From the IMG/VR virus record IMGVR_UViG_3300024999_000042: a stretch of 64,000 nt of DNA; one strand, given 5' to 3'. The DNA comes from a virus. The position numbers and the translations under genes were made by a program. Under the pieces are notes generated by a model. It did no database searches. It saw only the letters and a list, made by a program, of their open reading frames with translations, and was not told where the DNA came from. Below are positions 39,701-49,054 of this stretch, in pieces; position 1 is the stretch's first letter; each line of letters opens with the position of its first letter.

Positions 39701-39772
39701 ATCTAGATATTTTTGTTTACTTATTCCCCCAAGATACCCACCTATTTGTAAAGCATTCTCAATATTACTCAT
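36719..39772 (-). CDS. receptor-binding/tail protein with two BNR/Asp-box beta-propeller units
   Basis: SIDNGATW, STDGGVTW x2, SDDSGATW; ~415-aa internal duplication. Confidence 0.75.
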   Translation of the reverse strand: MSNIENALQIGGYLGGISKQKYLDMEKLAANGAALAAISNRTSGMSAGFFDLFNGITTYSTGILDTTKTKATSPLTAGDTNLISKVDTSTASTKWFATGQQITIQDDVNKEYVTVTNGGISTENATYDRSTPTTVVASAYTTSASARPQVLSNGWIVSTVQISTTGFICYKSIDNGATWTVLHNALSSGFTSVQGIATCAHGNYVYVMVNFNNWGEQVYRISTDGSAVGTTIESTQTTMGTCSLAINSTGTELHACWCSKNSSYPNSFNIRYAKGTIAGDGSVTWGSVQQLQSFNASGNDCSSPCIVMQNGNPNIVYAWTDGTNRYVRNLNYNGSLWTRYDIYYSTYTQSTPNACVTSDGVIHVIWYGLDVTESSASNIRYSKSTDGGVTWSAMLKLTTGNTYSQYIPSITFDNVNNLYVLWRARFTESATYAQIRKIVYSSGLWGSIINLTTNTTADALHPSICSNYQNFTDPICIYQDNQTPSVKFRGIFSTTTYDPHLEVTPLQNNYKTNVWCYRSLGNVDTVNGRLGFSSGFTSSTTYDRSTPTTVVASAYDTSGNGGRKLVRLSNGWLVAGVYDSTGNTLRFYVSKDNSSIYTQLCTSETIGAGSSFALVSSGTKVWFLISRQSTLTINYNSFDATTVSNVNLGAYTLESQTALGSGCSIAIDSLGYLYATWCSKNATYPNSFNIRYSKSTDGGVTWSAVTQITTLNTVNEDLKNPSIVCLNNGNPRIICDLNYSTSEHGILCYSYSGSSWNGGVYVYNAGATSYIQSNPSSLTKKYGSNIGRIWTGWHGLDSTDTIKQNVRVNYSDDSGATWNTATKITTGNTVDRKNVSLTEDSSGNIYAIYEDNGTLVYQVCLNGTTTFGGLTTIGAGTNASALDNSSGVNFSKPLIIYMSSSVVKFFGLWSDITFLPLLEESVVYNITPAVSSGQIASWIQYSNDVNFTIDSKFSIINSGNEIFLTPTKKTTVVDVDTKEDQYTIFAPVGSKIAQRIVMTRANTGVEKYVTKLLGALG

Positions 39773-41598
39773 TAACTCATCACCTCATTTGAAGAAATAA
39801 CATAACTTCCATCTGTACTCCATACTACTGTTGCTGTATTTGTTGTTTCTAATACAGATGATGAAGAATATAATTTTGTTACTATTGTTTGTGGTTTATC
39901 ATTTGAGTTGAAATTAGAATAATCAATTGTTTTATATGTTGATGTATCTGAGCGAGTGTAAGTTATATTTGTTGTTCTGCTATTTATGTCTTGAGTTGAT
40001 GTCATTATTAAAGCAGAGGAACCATTTAAAACAGAGATTTTATCGTAATTAGTATCTGTCGTATTTTTTATTTTCCGCTTATCTGTAATATTTGCAGTAA
40101 TAATAATTGTAGCATTTGCTGCCACACTAATTTCTGCTAATAAAAATCCTCCTGCAGGAGTAGTTGGCACAACAGGAGAAACATTAGGTGTTCCTGCTAA
40201 GTAAGCAATTACCCCAGAACTATTTACATAAACAATATCAATTCTAGGATTAGTAACATCTGAAGCAGTTATTGCTAAAGTTGGACTTGCAGTTGGAACA
40301 TATCTAACTCCATTCGCCATATGAACTGTTCCTGTCGCAACATTTACTGTCATGTCAGGTGTGGATTGAGTTGTTGTTGTTAGACCTGATATGATGCCGT
40401 AGCCTGAACTCTCTAATGATAGGGGATAAACAGAATCAATTGAATCTTGAACAGATTGAACCAATTTGTCTAATGTTACCGATCCTGTTTGAATTAAACT
40501 ACCATCATTAAATGTAATTGCTTGTATTAAATTCTTAATAACTACAAAATTAAAAACAATAGGAATATCAACAGTACCATCCCATGTACCACCACCAGTA
40601 ATATTAATTGAAATTCCATTCGCATCAATTGTATAATCTTGACCAACTTCTTGATAAACAGAATTTTTATATACAAATAAAGAATCATTATTTACATTAA
40701 ATGCGGTTATTCCTCCCGAAACGAAGACAATATTGCTCACATTTATAGAAAGTGTAACCGTATTCCTTAATGTGGTGAAAGTTACACTTGCACCTTGAGC
40801 AACTGCTAAAGAAAAATAAGTAGTATTAGTCGGGAGAAATCCAGTTGTATTATCTTGTAAGCAAGCATAAAGACTTCCATTGTATTGAACTGCCTGATCC
40901 TTCATATATGTTACAGTTGGGCTATAAGTCCCGATAAACTGGAGTCCCACACCTGGAATTCCCTGTTGCCCATCTTGGCCTTGTACTCCACGAATCGACA
41001 AAACTCCCCAATAAGTTGTATCAACAGGAGGATATGCTTGGGATGGTTGTTGATTTGTATGACTTTGAATACAATAAAAGGCACTTCCATTTGAATATAC
41101 AATATCTATAAAATCTTGATTATTAACATAAGCCGTTATACCATTCCATGCAGAAAGTGGTCTTAAACTTACTCCTTTCTTTGCAATTAATGTCCACCAA
41201 GTATCTAACTCTCCACCAATAGGAGAATGATTTAAATTCGTATTTTGCTTTGACATAAAAGATTGACCATTAAGCGTTACAATTTGAAATTGCTTATATG
41301 TAGTTAAATTCGACCATATTCCTTGATCTGATAAATTAATAAAATTTAAAAGTAAACCTTCCATTGAAGACAATGCTTGTGCAAATTTATTCCATTTATC
41401 TGGATCAATAATATAACTTTGTAATGCAATTGTTAAATTATTGAGTTCAATTTGCTCGGCTTCCGATAATGACGCTTGTAATTTAAGAGTTTGAAATCTG
41501 GCAGCATTAATTTTTTGAGAAGGGGGCAAATCTACTAATATTTCGAAAATGTCTGGAATGTATCCATTTGCTTGCGTAAAAGTAGTAAGATTGGACAA
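39772..41598 (-). CDS. tail fibre/baseplate protein with carbohydrate-binding-like repeats and a short collagen-like stretch
   Basis: W..TTY..V.YNG..Y repeats, GVQGQDGQQGIPG, NPRIDIV. Confidence 0.7.
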   Translation of the reverse strand: MSNLTTFTQANGYIPDIFEILVDLPPSQKINAARFQTLKLQASLSEAEQIELNNLTIALQSYIIDPDKWNKFAQALSSMEGLLLNFINLSDQGIWSNLTTYKQFQIVTLNGQSFMSKQNTNLNHSPIGGELDTWWTLIAKKGVSLRPLSAWNGITAYVNNQDFIDIVYSNGSAFYCIQSHTNQQPSQAYPPVDTTYWGVLSIRGVQGQDGQQGIPGVGLQFIGTYSPTVTYMKDQAVQYNGSLYACLQDNTTGFLPTNTTYFSLAVAQGASVTFTTLRNTVTLSINVSNIVFVSGGITAFNVNNDSLFVYKNSVYQEVGQDYTIDANGISINITGGGTWDGTVDIPIVFNFVVIKNLIQAITFNDGSLIQTGSVTLDKLVQSVQDSIDSVYPLSLESSGYGIISGLTTTTQSTPDMTVNVATGTVHMANGVRYVPTASPTLAITASDVTNPRIDIVYVNSSGVIAYLAGTPNVSPVVPTTPAGGFLLAEISVAANATIIITANITDKRKIKNTTDTNYDKISVLNGSSALIMTSTQDINSRTTNITYTRSDTSTYKTIDYSNFNSNDKPQTIVTKLYSSSSVLETTNTATVVWSTDGSYVISSNEVMS

Positions 41599-42819
41599 TT
41601 AAACAACCTCCGTTTCTGTATAAAATTTATTTCCAGTTTTTAAATAATAAAACTCCTGAAAATCTTCAGGAGTAAAATTAGCACTACCATAAATACTATG
41701 AAACTCTTCATGTAATTCTTTTGTTAAACAAACACCTAAACCATATTTTGATTGTAATTCCAGAAACGTTGCTGTAATTAATTCCAAAGTATTTTCATCA
41801 TAATCATTCAAATCATCGTAAAAGGTAATATAATTTAATAATTCTATAGTTTCTTCGACAATTTTATGGAATGGATATAAATGGTGTATATTATCAAATT
41901 TTTTACCAGTTATTACACATTCATAATTACAAACTGTCATAGATTCATTTTTCCATTCTATCATTTTACATGTTCTTATATATCGTTTTAATGATTGATT
42001 GCCTTTCCAATTAGGATGATTCTTACCAGTCCAAGAACGAAGAATATCATCATGTATACACCCACAACTTTTTGTATTACCACTAATTAAAGCAGAAGTT
42101 GGTAAGGTTAATTTATTACCACAAATACATTGACAATCCCATGATACACAATCACGAATCCTTTCTTTAGAAAACCCCAAAACTGTCAATCTTCCATATT
42201 GATTACCTGTAATATCATTATAATTATTGTGGAGATATTCACTTCTATAGCAACCACAAGAGATAGTATTTCCAGATGTTAATGCTTGAGAAGTAACATA
42301 TGTAGGCGGTGTACCACAATCACAAACACACTCCCATAGTGGTTTCGTATATGCCGTACCAATTCTTTTAATAACCGTTAATCTACCAAACCTTTGATTA
42401 GTTAAATCTTCAATTAAAGGTGAAGGTATTCCTCTTTTAGCTAATCCTGCATTAGTCATAGGGCATTCTCTACAAGTAATATCTGGTTTACTCAATAAAA
42501 CATTAGAACTAGTTTCATAATCATTTCCACAATCACATCTAACTTTCCAGAAAGAAGATTTTTGCTTCTTTTCTTTTTCTTTATCTTTTGATCGTTCTAA
42601 GACAATAAGAGTTCCATATTTATCACCAATTTTTATATCATGTTTATCATGACACGATGATAAAGTTTTTCCATTTAAAAAATTTCCAATATACTTATTT
42701 TTCTCTTTGCCACAAGTACAAACACAAACCCATAATGATTTCCCTATATACTCTTTTACCGTCCATGCACCAAAAACTTGACCAGTATAATCAATATTAG
42801 GAATACCTTTCTTAGACAT
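41599..42819 (-). CDS. HNH homing endonuclease with repeated GxxFGRLTV...CxCxCG modules
   Basis: Four Cys modules; CVITG..IHHL...GVCL..H..FH..YG; start MSKK after GGAGTG. Confidence 0.8.
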   Translation of the reverse strand: MSKKGIPNIDYTGQVFGAWTVKEYIGKSLWVCVCTCGKEKNKYIGNFLNGKTLSSCHDKHDIKIGDKYGTLIVLERSKDKEKEKKQKSSFWKVRCDCGNDYETSSNVLLSKPDITCRECPMTNAGLAKRGIPSPLIEDLTNQRFGRLTVIKRIGTAYTKPLWECVCDCGTPPTYVTSQALTSGNTISCGCYRSEYLHNNYNDITGNQYGRLTVLGFSKERIRDCVSWDCQCICGNKLTLPTSALISGNTKSCGCIHDDILRSWTGKNHPNWKGNQSLKRYIRTCKMIEWKNESMTVCNYECVITGKKFDNIHHLYPFHKIVEETIELLNYITFYDDLNDYDENTLELITATFLELQSKYGLGVCLTKELHEEFHSIYGSANFTPEDFQEFYYLKTGNKFYTETEVV

Positions 42820-42870
42820 ATAATCAATCACACTCCTTAAATTACACTCAACCAACTAAAAATATAAAAA

Positions 42871-42935
42871 GACAAGCAGAAAATTCTCTATGAGTGTTCA
42901 ATAGAGAAGTCAGGTGTACATCCTGTCTACTTGTC
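42871..42935 (-). ncRNA. three-way-junction/pseudoknot leader RNA (copy A)
   Basis: P1 10 bp, P2 CAGG/CCUG, P3 8 bp with loop ACACUC pairing to UGAGUGU and SD GGAGUGU. Confidence 0.65.
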
Positions 42936-42966
42936 AAAATCATTAATATTAAATTACTACCACTTG

Positions 42967-44073
42967 TTACTGATATACCTTAAATCCACTTATCGACATC
43001 TGTGCATCAAATTTTAAATCTATTCCAATGCTATTTACACAATAAATGCCCTCCAATCCATCTTCGGTCGAATTGAAATTTATATTATTTTCAACATCTA
43101 AGAAATATATTGGCACAGTTGAAACACTAACTTGTTCATTAAAATTACCATGTTTAAATAATTGATATTGCCCATTAATCAAACATTGCTCATTGGTAAA
43201 ATAATTATCATCCTTGATAACTAATGCCTTCTTACCAATCTTAGCAATTGAAAATGGAGAATTTATATCATTATTTTCCACAATAGCAGATGCAATTGTT
43301 CCATCATTATTAGTTCTTCCTATTACTTTTATATAATTCTTTACGTTCGAGTAATCTGTAGAAACTTGACTGTTAATTCTAAAATCTGCTTTATCCAAAA
43401 AATTCCAGACGATATTATCATTTAAAGTATTAGGTGTTTTTCTAAAAACGAATCTTCCATTAATATCATAAAAACAAGACCATGAAAGATATAACTCTTT
43501 AACTTTCTGCACAACATCTAAAACAGTTTGATCTGGAGAAAATTCCAAATCATATGGAAGGTAATAAGGGGATGTATCTATAGACATACTTTGTTCTCCA
43601 CCCAACGTACCAACAACTAATTTCATTACATCTGAAATAGGAGTGTTAGAATTAAGAACCGTTATCATTTCTAATGGTATATTTTCAAGTAAATACATTT
43701 TGTCTACTAAGTCTAGAGATATTGTTTTTCCATCAGAAGAAGAATCTATAGATACATTTTTAATCATAAAAACACCCATACAATAAGGATGTTTAACACT
43801 TAAATAATCTTCAATTTCGATCCATAATTTCAATTTATTATTTATAGCCAATTTTGATTGCTGAGAGGGAAGCAGTGTTGTCGACAATAAGAATTTGATG
43901 TTCCCTGTACGTCTTATTAAACTATCACCAGAAACGTTTATATTCCCTGATAAACTTACACCCGTAAGAACATCAATTTTAGCATCTGAAGAATTAAGTA
44001 ATTCTACCTTTACATTTAAAATTCTAGTAGATTGCAAATGAGCATTATATTCTGCTTGTGTTATATTTGCCAT
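42967..44073 (-). CDS. baseplate hub/Tal-like tail protein (DUF5048-like)
   Basis: IRRTG, MGVF, LVDKM, FYDINGRFVF; tail position. Confidence 0.7.
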   Translation of the reverse strand: MANITQAEYNAHLQSTRILNVKVELLNSSDAKIDVLTGVSLSGNINVSGDSLIRRTGNIKFLLSTTLLPSQQSKLAINNKLKLWIEIEDYLSVKHPYCMGVFMIKNVSIDSSSDGKTISLDLVDKMYLLENIPLEMITVLNSNTPISDVMKLVVGTLGGEQSMSIDTSPYYLPYDLEFSPDQTVLDVVQKVKELYLSWSCFYDINGRFVFRKTPNTLNDNIVWNFLDKADFRINSQVSTDYSNVKNYIKVIGRTNNDGTIASAIVENNDINSPFSIAKIGKKALVIKDDNYFTNEQCLINGQYQLFKHGNFNEQVSVSTVPIYFLDVENNINFNSTEDGLEGIYCVNSIGIDLKFDAQMSISGFKVYQ

Positions 44074-44114
44074 TTAATTGTTTATCACCCAATTTCTTTT
44101 AAAAAATTATCAAA

Positions 44115-45017
44115 TTAAATTGTTGTTAGTCCTTCTAATAAACCTGCATTTATAAGTATATCGGTATCCTCGTAATTTCCAATTTCAGCAAGAGCAAATG
44201 AAACCTTTGAAATACCGTTTATTCCATTTTGATGTTCTTCAGTAGGATTGCCGAGTAATGATACTAAAAATATATTACCGTTTCCATCTCTATAAATTTT
44301 AGGTTTTTTATTCTTCAAGAAATTAAAAAGTTTGTTCCTTGTTAATTTCTCTTGTTTAATATCAATTTTTCCTCCAGAATTATAAGTTGTATCCGAAACA
44401 GAAGTGCTTTTTATATCAAATTTGACATAATCAGAATTTCCAAAAACTATAGTTGGGTATTGAGCGTTTAAAGGCATTAGTTCTGTGCTCTGAGTAATAT
44501 GTTCGTGACTTCCATACTCAACATCAAAAATCAATGAATAGTTATTATCCTTATCTGAGAGAAATACCCCATCGAACAAAACTGTCACAGTAGGACTAAT
44601 CACACGATTACCTTGAACTTCGTTAACCATAGGTAAAAGTGAGTATTCATAATCAAAATCACAAGCAACATATTTATCTATTGCTTCATAAAATGTACTT
44701 GTTCCATCATATGTTATTTGAGAAACATCCGACCAATATAATTCATCTGCTTTTCTTTTTTGAAATAAAATATGATCTATGACAAGACCATTGCTCGTAA
44801 TTGACCCACCCTCAAGAGAATCATCACTAAAAGGAGCATCTAACACAGTTTTATAACCCCATACAGTAGGTTTTGCTATAGAATCAGTAATTTCAGTATC
44901 TTCATCAATATATATTTCATCTACAACAGAATTGCTTAATTCCGTTTTATAAAATGATGGTAAAGCGACAGTAGTTTGAAAGCAATCGCCTTGAAAAAAA
45001 TTAAGTCCAATTAACAT
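44115..45017 (-). CDS. distal tail-like protein
   Basis: FLKNKKPKIYRDGNG, VSF..EIG; tail position. Confidence 0.6.
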   Translation of the reverse strand: MLIGLNFFQGDCFQTTVALPSFYKTELSNSVVDEIYIDEDTEITDSIAKPTVWGYKTVLDAPFSDDSLEGGSITSNGLVIDHILFQKRKADELYWSDVSQITYDGTSTFYEAIDKYVACDFDYEYSLLPMVNEVQGNRVISPTVTVLFDGVFLSDKDNNYSLIFDVEYGSHEHITQSTELMPLNAQYPTIVFGNSDYVKFDIKSTSVSDTTYNSGGKIDIKQEKLTRNKLFNFLKNKKPKIYRDGNGNIFLVSLLGNPTEEHQNGINGISKVSFALAEIGNYEDTDILINAGLLEGLTTI

Positions 45018-45038
45018 TTATTATTTTCACCTCAATTC

Positions 45039-46085
45039 CTAAATAACCAATTGTTGTGTAATTTCTAAAGCATTACTCAAAGATTGTAAATAAATCATAA
45101 ATTCAATGTTAGTTCCAACCACTAAAACATTACTAATAAAATGAGGAATTATTGTAGTTAATCCATTCAAATATTTAAAACCATGAATCTGATTATTATA
45201 CTTAATTAATTCAATTTTCCCATATTCAGAAACTAATTTTAAAAATACTGTGTCATCAGGAATATTTTTACACCATAATTTCAATATAAAATCTGAGCCT
45301 AATTGAAATCCATCTTGAAAACTAATTTGCCCACTAGTTAAATTAATCCAATCATTATTAATAAATGTAACTGTTCCAGAATCAATTTGACCGATTTCTT
45401 GGATAAGTTGTACTGATAATTTTATTGCACCTTGAGATGGAAGATTTTCAACATTAAGTGTTGTGATTAATCTAGGTGTGATAAAAAAAGGAGTAAACGC
45501 AATTAAACCAGAAGTTGAAAGTTGCGAATGTATTGAAATTCCTTTTACTTCTAAATAATATAATTCTTCATTTTCTAATCCAGTTATTTCTTGTGAAATT
45601 GGTGGAATTGTACCATTAGAAAATTGCTCAGAATATGTTTGAAGTAAATTTTGATTAGAATTATATAATAGGAATTTATATGACTGTAATAACTCATTTT
45701 CTAATTGACTATACGTTGCTGTAAAATTTATTGTTGAATTATAAACTTTATTATTGATATCTATTGTTGGAATAAGAATAGTAGGGGATGATAATACATA
45801 AAAATAAATCCAATCAGAGAAGTTTGACCAATTGTTAGCAACGTCACCAACACGAATTTTTGCTTTATATTCTACACCGTTAATAAGAGAGTTAATAGGC
45901 AATGGATGATTAAGAGCAAAAGATTGGATAGTTTGATCATACGAAACTGAATTATCAATATTTTTTTGTATGACTAAGTTATTTTGAGTTGCTTGATTGC
46001 TACCCGAATAAGAAAATATAAAATTTTGTGCTTGAGTTGATGGAAAGGGCAAAATAATACTAAGTAATGGAGTTGTGAGAGACAA
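45039..46085 (-). CDS. tail structural protein with Fn3/Ig-like region
   Basis: NGVEYKAKIRV..WSNFSD. Confidence 0.6.
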   Translation of the reverse strand: MSLTTPLLSIILPFPSTQAQNFIFSYSGSNQATQNNLVIQKNIDNSVSYDQTIQSFALNHPLPINSLINGVEYKAKIRVGDVANNWSNFSDWIYFYVLSSPTILIPTIDINNKVYNSTINFTATYSQLENELLQSYKFLLYNSNQNLLQTYSEQFSNGTIPPISQEITGLENEELYYLEVKGISIHSQLSTSGLIAFTPFFITPRLITTLNVENLPSQGAIKLSVQLIQEIGQIDSGTVTFINNDWINLTSGQISFQDGFQLGSDFILKLWCKNIPDDTVFLKLVSEYGKIELIKYNNQIHGFKYLNGLTTIIPHFISNVLVVGTNIEFMIYLQSLSNALEITQQLVI

Positions 46086-46137
46086 TTATTTTCACCACCT
46101 TTATTTTTAATATTTAAATTATTATATTTACTTGTAT

Positions 46138-46401
46138 CTATGGTCTTTTACAGTCAATAAATTTCTCAGAAAAATTTCCATTCACTATACAAATATAAAC
46201 TATATCTCCAACAATTAAGGTTAATCCTTCTCTTGTTTTTATATTTGTTAATGTATCACCGTTGTATGTTAAATTATATGTACCATCTACATTAACCACA
46301 GTAATTTTTCCTGTTATATAATAATTATATTTGAAGTTTCTTAATCTTTCAGCAATTAATATATCAATTGATTCCATTAAAATTTCTTTTTGATTTGACA
46401 T
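46138..46401 (-). CDS. small baseplate/OB-fold-like tail protein
   Basis: GKITVVNVDGTY...VGDIVYI..NGN. Confidence 0.55.
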   Translation of the reverse strand: MSNQKEILMESIDILIAERLRNFKYNYYITGKITVVNVDGTYNLTYNGDTLTNIKTREGLTLIVGDIVYICIVNGNFSEKFIDCKRP

Positions 46402-46445
46402 TATTTTTTATCATTCCTTTTTGTGAAGATTTATTTTGTTTTGTT

Positions 46446-47441
46446 TTATTGATTAAAATGCTTTTTATAAGTTTGATTAATCTGGTCTCCTGTTACATCA
46501 ATATATCCCATAGTAGTAGAAACTGAACTGTGTCCCATAATTTCTTTTATAACACTTAAATTAGCACCGCTAGAAGTCATATTACTACATAATGAATGAC
46601 GAAAAACATGTGGATGTAATGGTTTAGTTATTCCTGAACGCAAAGCAATAATTCTAATTTCTCTTTGTATTCCTTTCATTGATAATTTTCTATATGGTTT
46701 CCTAACTGTTATAAATAAAGCAGAATCATTATCTGTTCTAGATGCTAAGTATTTATTCAAATAAAACTTTGCTTTAAATCCAAAATGAACGATTCTTTCT
46801 TTATTTCCTTTGCCTATTATATGTATTGTCATATTCGCCCAATTAATATCTGTAAATCTATTAATATTGTATATTTCTTGAAGTCTACACCCTGTAGCAT
46901 ACATGATATTTACCATAGTCTTTTCTCTAAGAGTTACACAAGATTCTCTTATTAGTTCTAATTCCTCAATATTTAGTGATTTAGGTAAACGTTTTTCTTT
47001 TTTAGGTGTTTTAATTATACAAGCATTGTCTTTTATAATAATATCTTCATTTCTTAACCAACTGAAGAAGGTTTTTAATATGGAGATTTTTTTAGATAGA
47101 GAACTAATTTTAAGTTTATCCCACTTGCTTAGATATACTCTAATATCATTTGTTGTAATGTCATCTGCTTTTTTCTTTACATGTTTTGCAAAAATAGATA
47201 ATTCTAACTTATAACTTTTTAGAGTAGAATCGCTTAGTCTCTCTAATTTTTTACCTGCTAAAAATAATTCTGCCTTTTCTAATAAGTCTGTATAGTCGTC
47301 CGTGTAAGTTGTCATTGAAATGTTATATTTTGATATTACAGAGAATAAACTATGTATTTCTGCTTCTGTGTTTAATTGCGGAAAATTGTTTATTATTTCT
47401 TGTTGGAGTAAGTCATTATAAATTGACATAGTATGTACCAA
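46446..47441 (-). CDS. tyrosine recombinase (XerD-like)
   Basis: TGCRLQE, GKGNKER, HPHVFRH, MGHSS..TT..Y; catalytic set intact. Confidence 0.92.
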   Translation of the reverse strand: MVHTMSIYNDLLQQEIINNFPQLNTEAEIHSLFSVISKYNISMTTYTDDYTDLLEKAELFLAGKKLERLSDSTLKSYKLELSIFAKHVKKKADDITTNDIRVYLSKWDKLKISSLSKKISILKTFFSWLRNEDIIIKDNACIIKTPKKEKRLPKSLNIEELELIRESCVTLREKTMVNIMYATGCRLQEIYNINRFTDINWANMTIHIIGKGNKERIVHFGFKAKFYLNKYLASRTDNDSALFITVRKPYRKLSMKGIQREIRIIALRSGITKPLHPHVFRHSLCSNMTSSGANLSVIKEIMGHSSVSTTMGYIDVTGDQINQTYKKHFNQ

Positions 47442-47526
47442 TTCCTTTCTTTTTATTCATTTGTTCTCTAAAGAAATAATATCATACTATGCCAATTTAT
47501 ACAAGGAAAATAATTATTTATTAGTT

Positions 47527-48300
47527 TTAGTTAGTTAGTGATGCTGTTGAGATTAAATGTTTTAACTCTTCGGGACAATTATCCAAATAATAAAAGTAAT
47601 ATCCATGTGTTTTATTTAAAGTTCCAGCTAAACATCTACTAATATTTCCCCTATGTGCTTTTGTATCTCTGCTACAATAAGTCTGATTATACCAAGTGCC
47701 TATGTATTTATTATTTTCATTAAACACTACAAATTCTCTTGTGTTTCTAACTCTTTTTAATCTATTATCTAGATTTTCTTTTGTAAAATCATCTTTATAA
47801 ATAAGAATAAAATCACCAACTGATGGTCTCCTATTTGTTAATGATTGATTAGCATCCGATGTAGTTATATTATTCTCTATACAAAATAAAAACCTATTAT
47901 CAGATTCTTCAATAAAGTTACCAAGTTTATCAAATACTAAGAGACTTCTATCATCATGCTGTGTGCGTAAATACTCAATATGCTCTTCTTTTGATGGTTT
48001 ATGAATTTTTTGACCACCAACAGTCATATTATACCCATTATTGCCATATGTTCCAAAGTGGTCAATCCAATATGTTTCTTTATAATCAAGTTCCTCTGGA
48101 GAATCGGCATAGTCAAGTTCTTCCCATATGAAATTTTCCGCACCGTATTTTTTCATTGCTCTTTGAAAAATATATTTTTGTTGACTAATAGAATTAATAT
48201 GCTCTCTTTTTCTTTTTTCTAATGTACAAGTAGTTTGTCCTATATATCGCTTATTATTTGTTAAATTTTTTGCAGAATATATTATACCGTAATAATCCAA
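47527..48300 (-). CDS. GIY-YIG homing endonuclease with NUMOD1-like repeats
   Basis: GIIY..N..NNKRYIGQT, E..WI, GYNMTVGG. Confidence 0.88.
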   Translation of the reverse strand: MDYYGIIYSAKNLTNNKRYIGQTTCTLEKRKREHINSISQQKYIFQRAMKKYGAENFIWEELDYADSPEELDYKETYWIDHFGTYGNNGYNMTVGGQKIHKPSKEEHIEYLRTQHDDRSLLVFDKLGNFIEESDNRFLFCIENNITTSDANQSLTNRRPSVGDFILIYKDDFTKENLDNRLKRVRNTREFVVFNENNKYIGTWYNQTYCSRDTKAHRGNISRCLAGTLNKTHGYYFYYLDNCPEELKHLISTASLTN

Positions 48301-48469
48301 TAAATCTCCTCGCTTCTCTTTTACATTAGAAAAAGAGAGTACAAAAATTATACTCTCTTTGATAAAATATTATTTTTACTTAATGAACAGTTGATTGTCT
48401 ACTGCAAACTAGTTACATCAGTAAAATATGTAGTAAAGGGCAAAGAAAAAGCTTTGCCCTTTATTTAAT

Positions 48470-48610
48470 TTAAGGTGTTACGATTGGATTTCCGCTGTCA
48501 TCAAGCCCAAGTGCCAACAGATCAGCGTGTACTTCTGTTTGGTATTTTACTGGAACCTGCGCAAAGGTTCTACGTCCAGCCATAATCAAGGCGACGTACA
48601 TATCTACCAT
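48470..48610 (-). CDS. CD1375/XkdX-like small tail-associated protein
   Basis: MVDMYVALIMAGRRTFAQVP. Confidence 0.75.
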   Translation of the reverse strand: MVDMYVALIMAGRRTFAQVPVKYQTEVHADLLALGLDDSGNPIVTP

Positions 48611-48658
48611 AACATTACCACCTCCTCTCAATAGCAGTAGGATAATACTAAACATTGC

Positions 48659-49054
48659 CTATACCGTCCCTTTCTCTAACATACCTTCGTAGATTGTTGC
48701 GAGGACTTCCATGATAGTGAGGTTATCAGCTTTAAGTTTGGAGTTATCGTCTTTAAGCTGGGCTAGTTGCTCTTCAATAGTTAGGGATTCGCTTACGTTT
48801 TCAGGTATTTTAGGGATAGTTATTTTTCCGTCTGTAGGACTGTACTCCACTCCGTCAACCGTGATCGGGTCAGTATTAGCTGAATCCGCCTCCCATGCTT
48901 CAGAAGTTGGGTTAAACTTCACCCATCGGTAGATTAATTGGGTTTCATTCTCTTCAACTTTTAGTGCTATTACAGGACTTACACTTTCTTTAATAATAGT
49001 AGTGCCCACAACCCTGATACTAAAAACTATTCCATTTTCAATCATTAGCGTCAT
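48659..49054 (-). CDS. tail fibre chaperone-like protein
   Basis: C-terminal EEQLAQLK..N...LATIYE before the XkdX-like gene. Confidence 0.6.
   Translation of the reverse strand: MTLMIENGIVFSIRVVGTTIIKESVSPVIALKVEENETQLIYRWVKFNPTSEAWEADSANTDPITVDGVEYSPTDGKITIPKIPENVSESLTIEEQLAQLKDDNSKLKADNLTIMEVLATIYEGMLEKGTV

Noticed and set aside
36719-39772. Diversity-generating retroelement TR/VR pair
   Set aside because: No reverse transcriptase in the window; the repeats are in-frame, diverged protein duplications not limited to adenines
46446-47441. Prophage integrase marking an att boundary
   Set aside because: Phage tail genes continue on both sides; no host genes or att duplication seen
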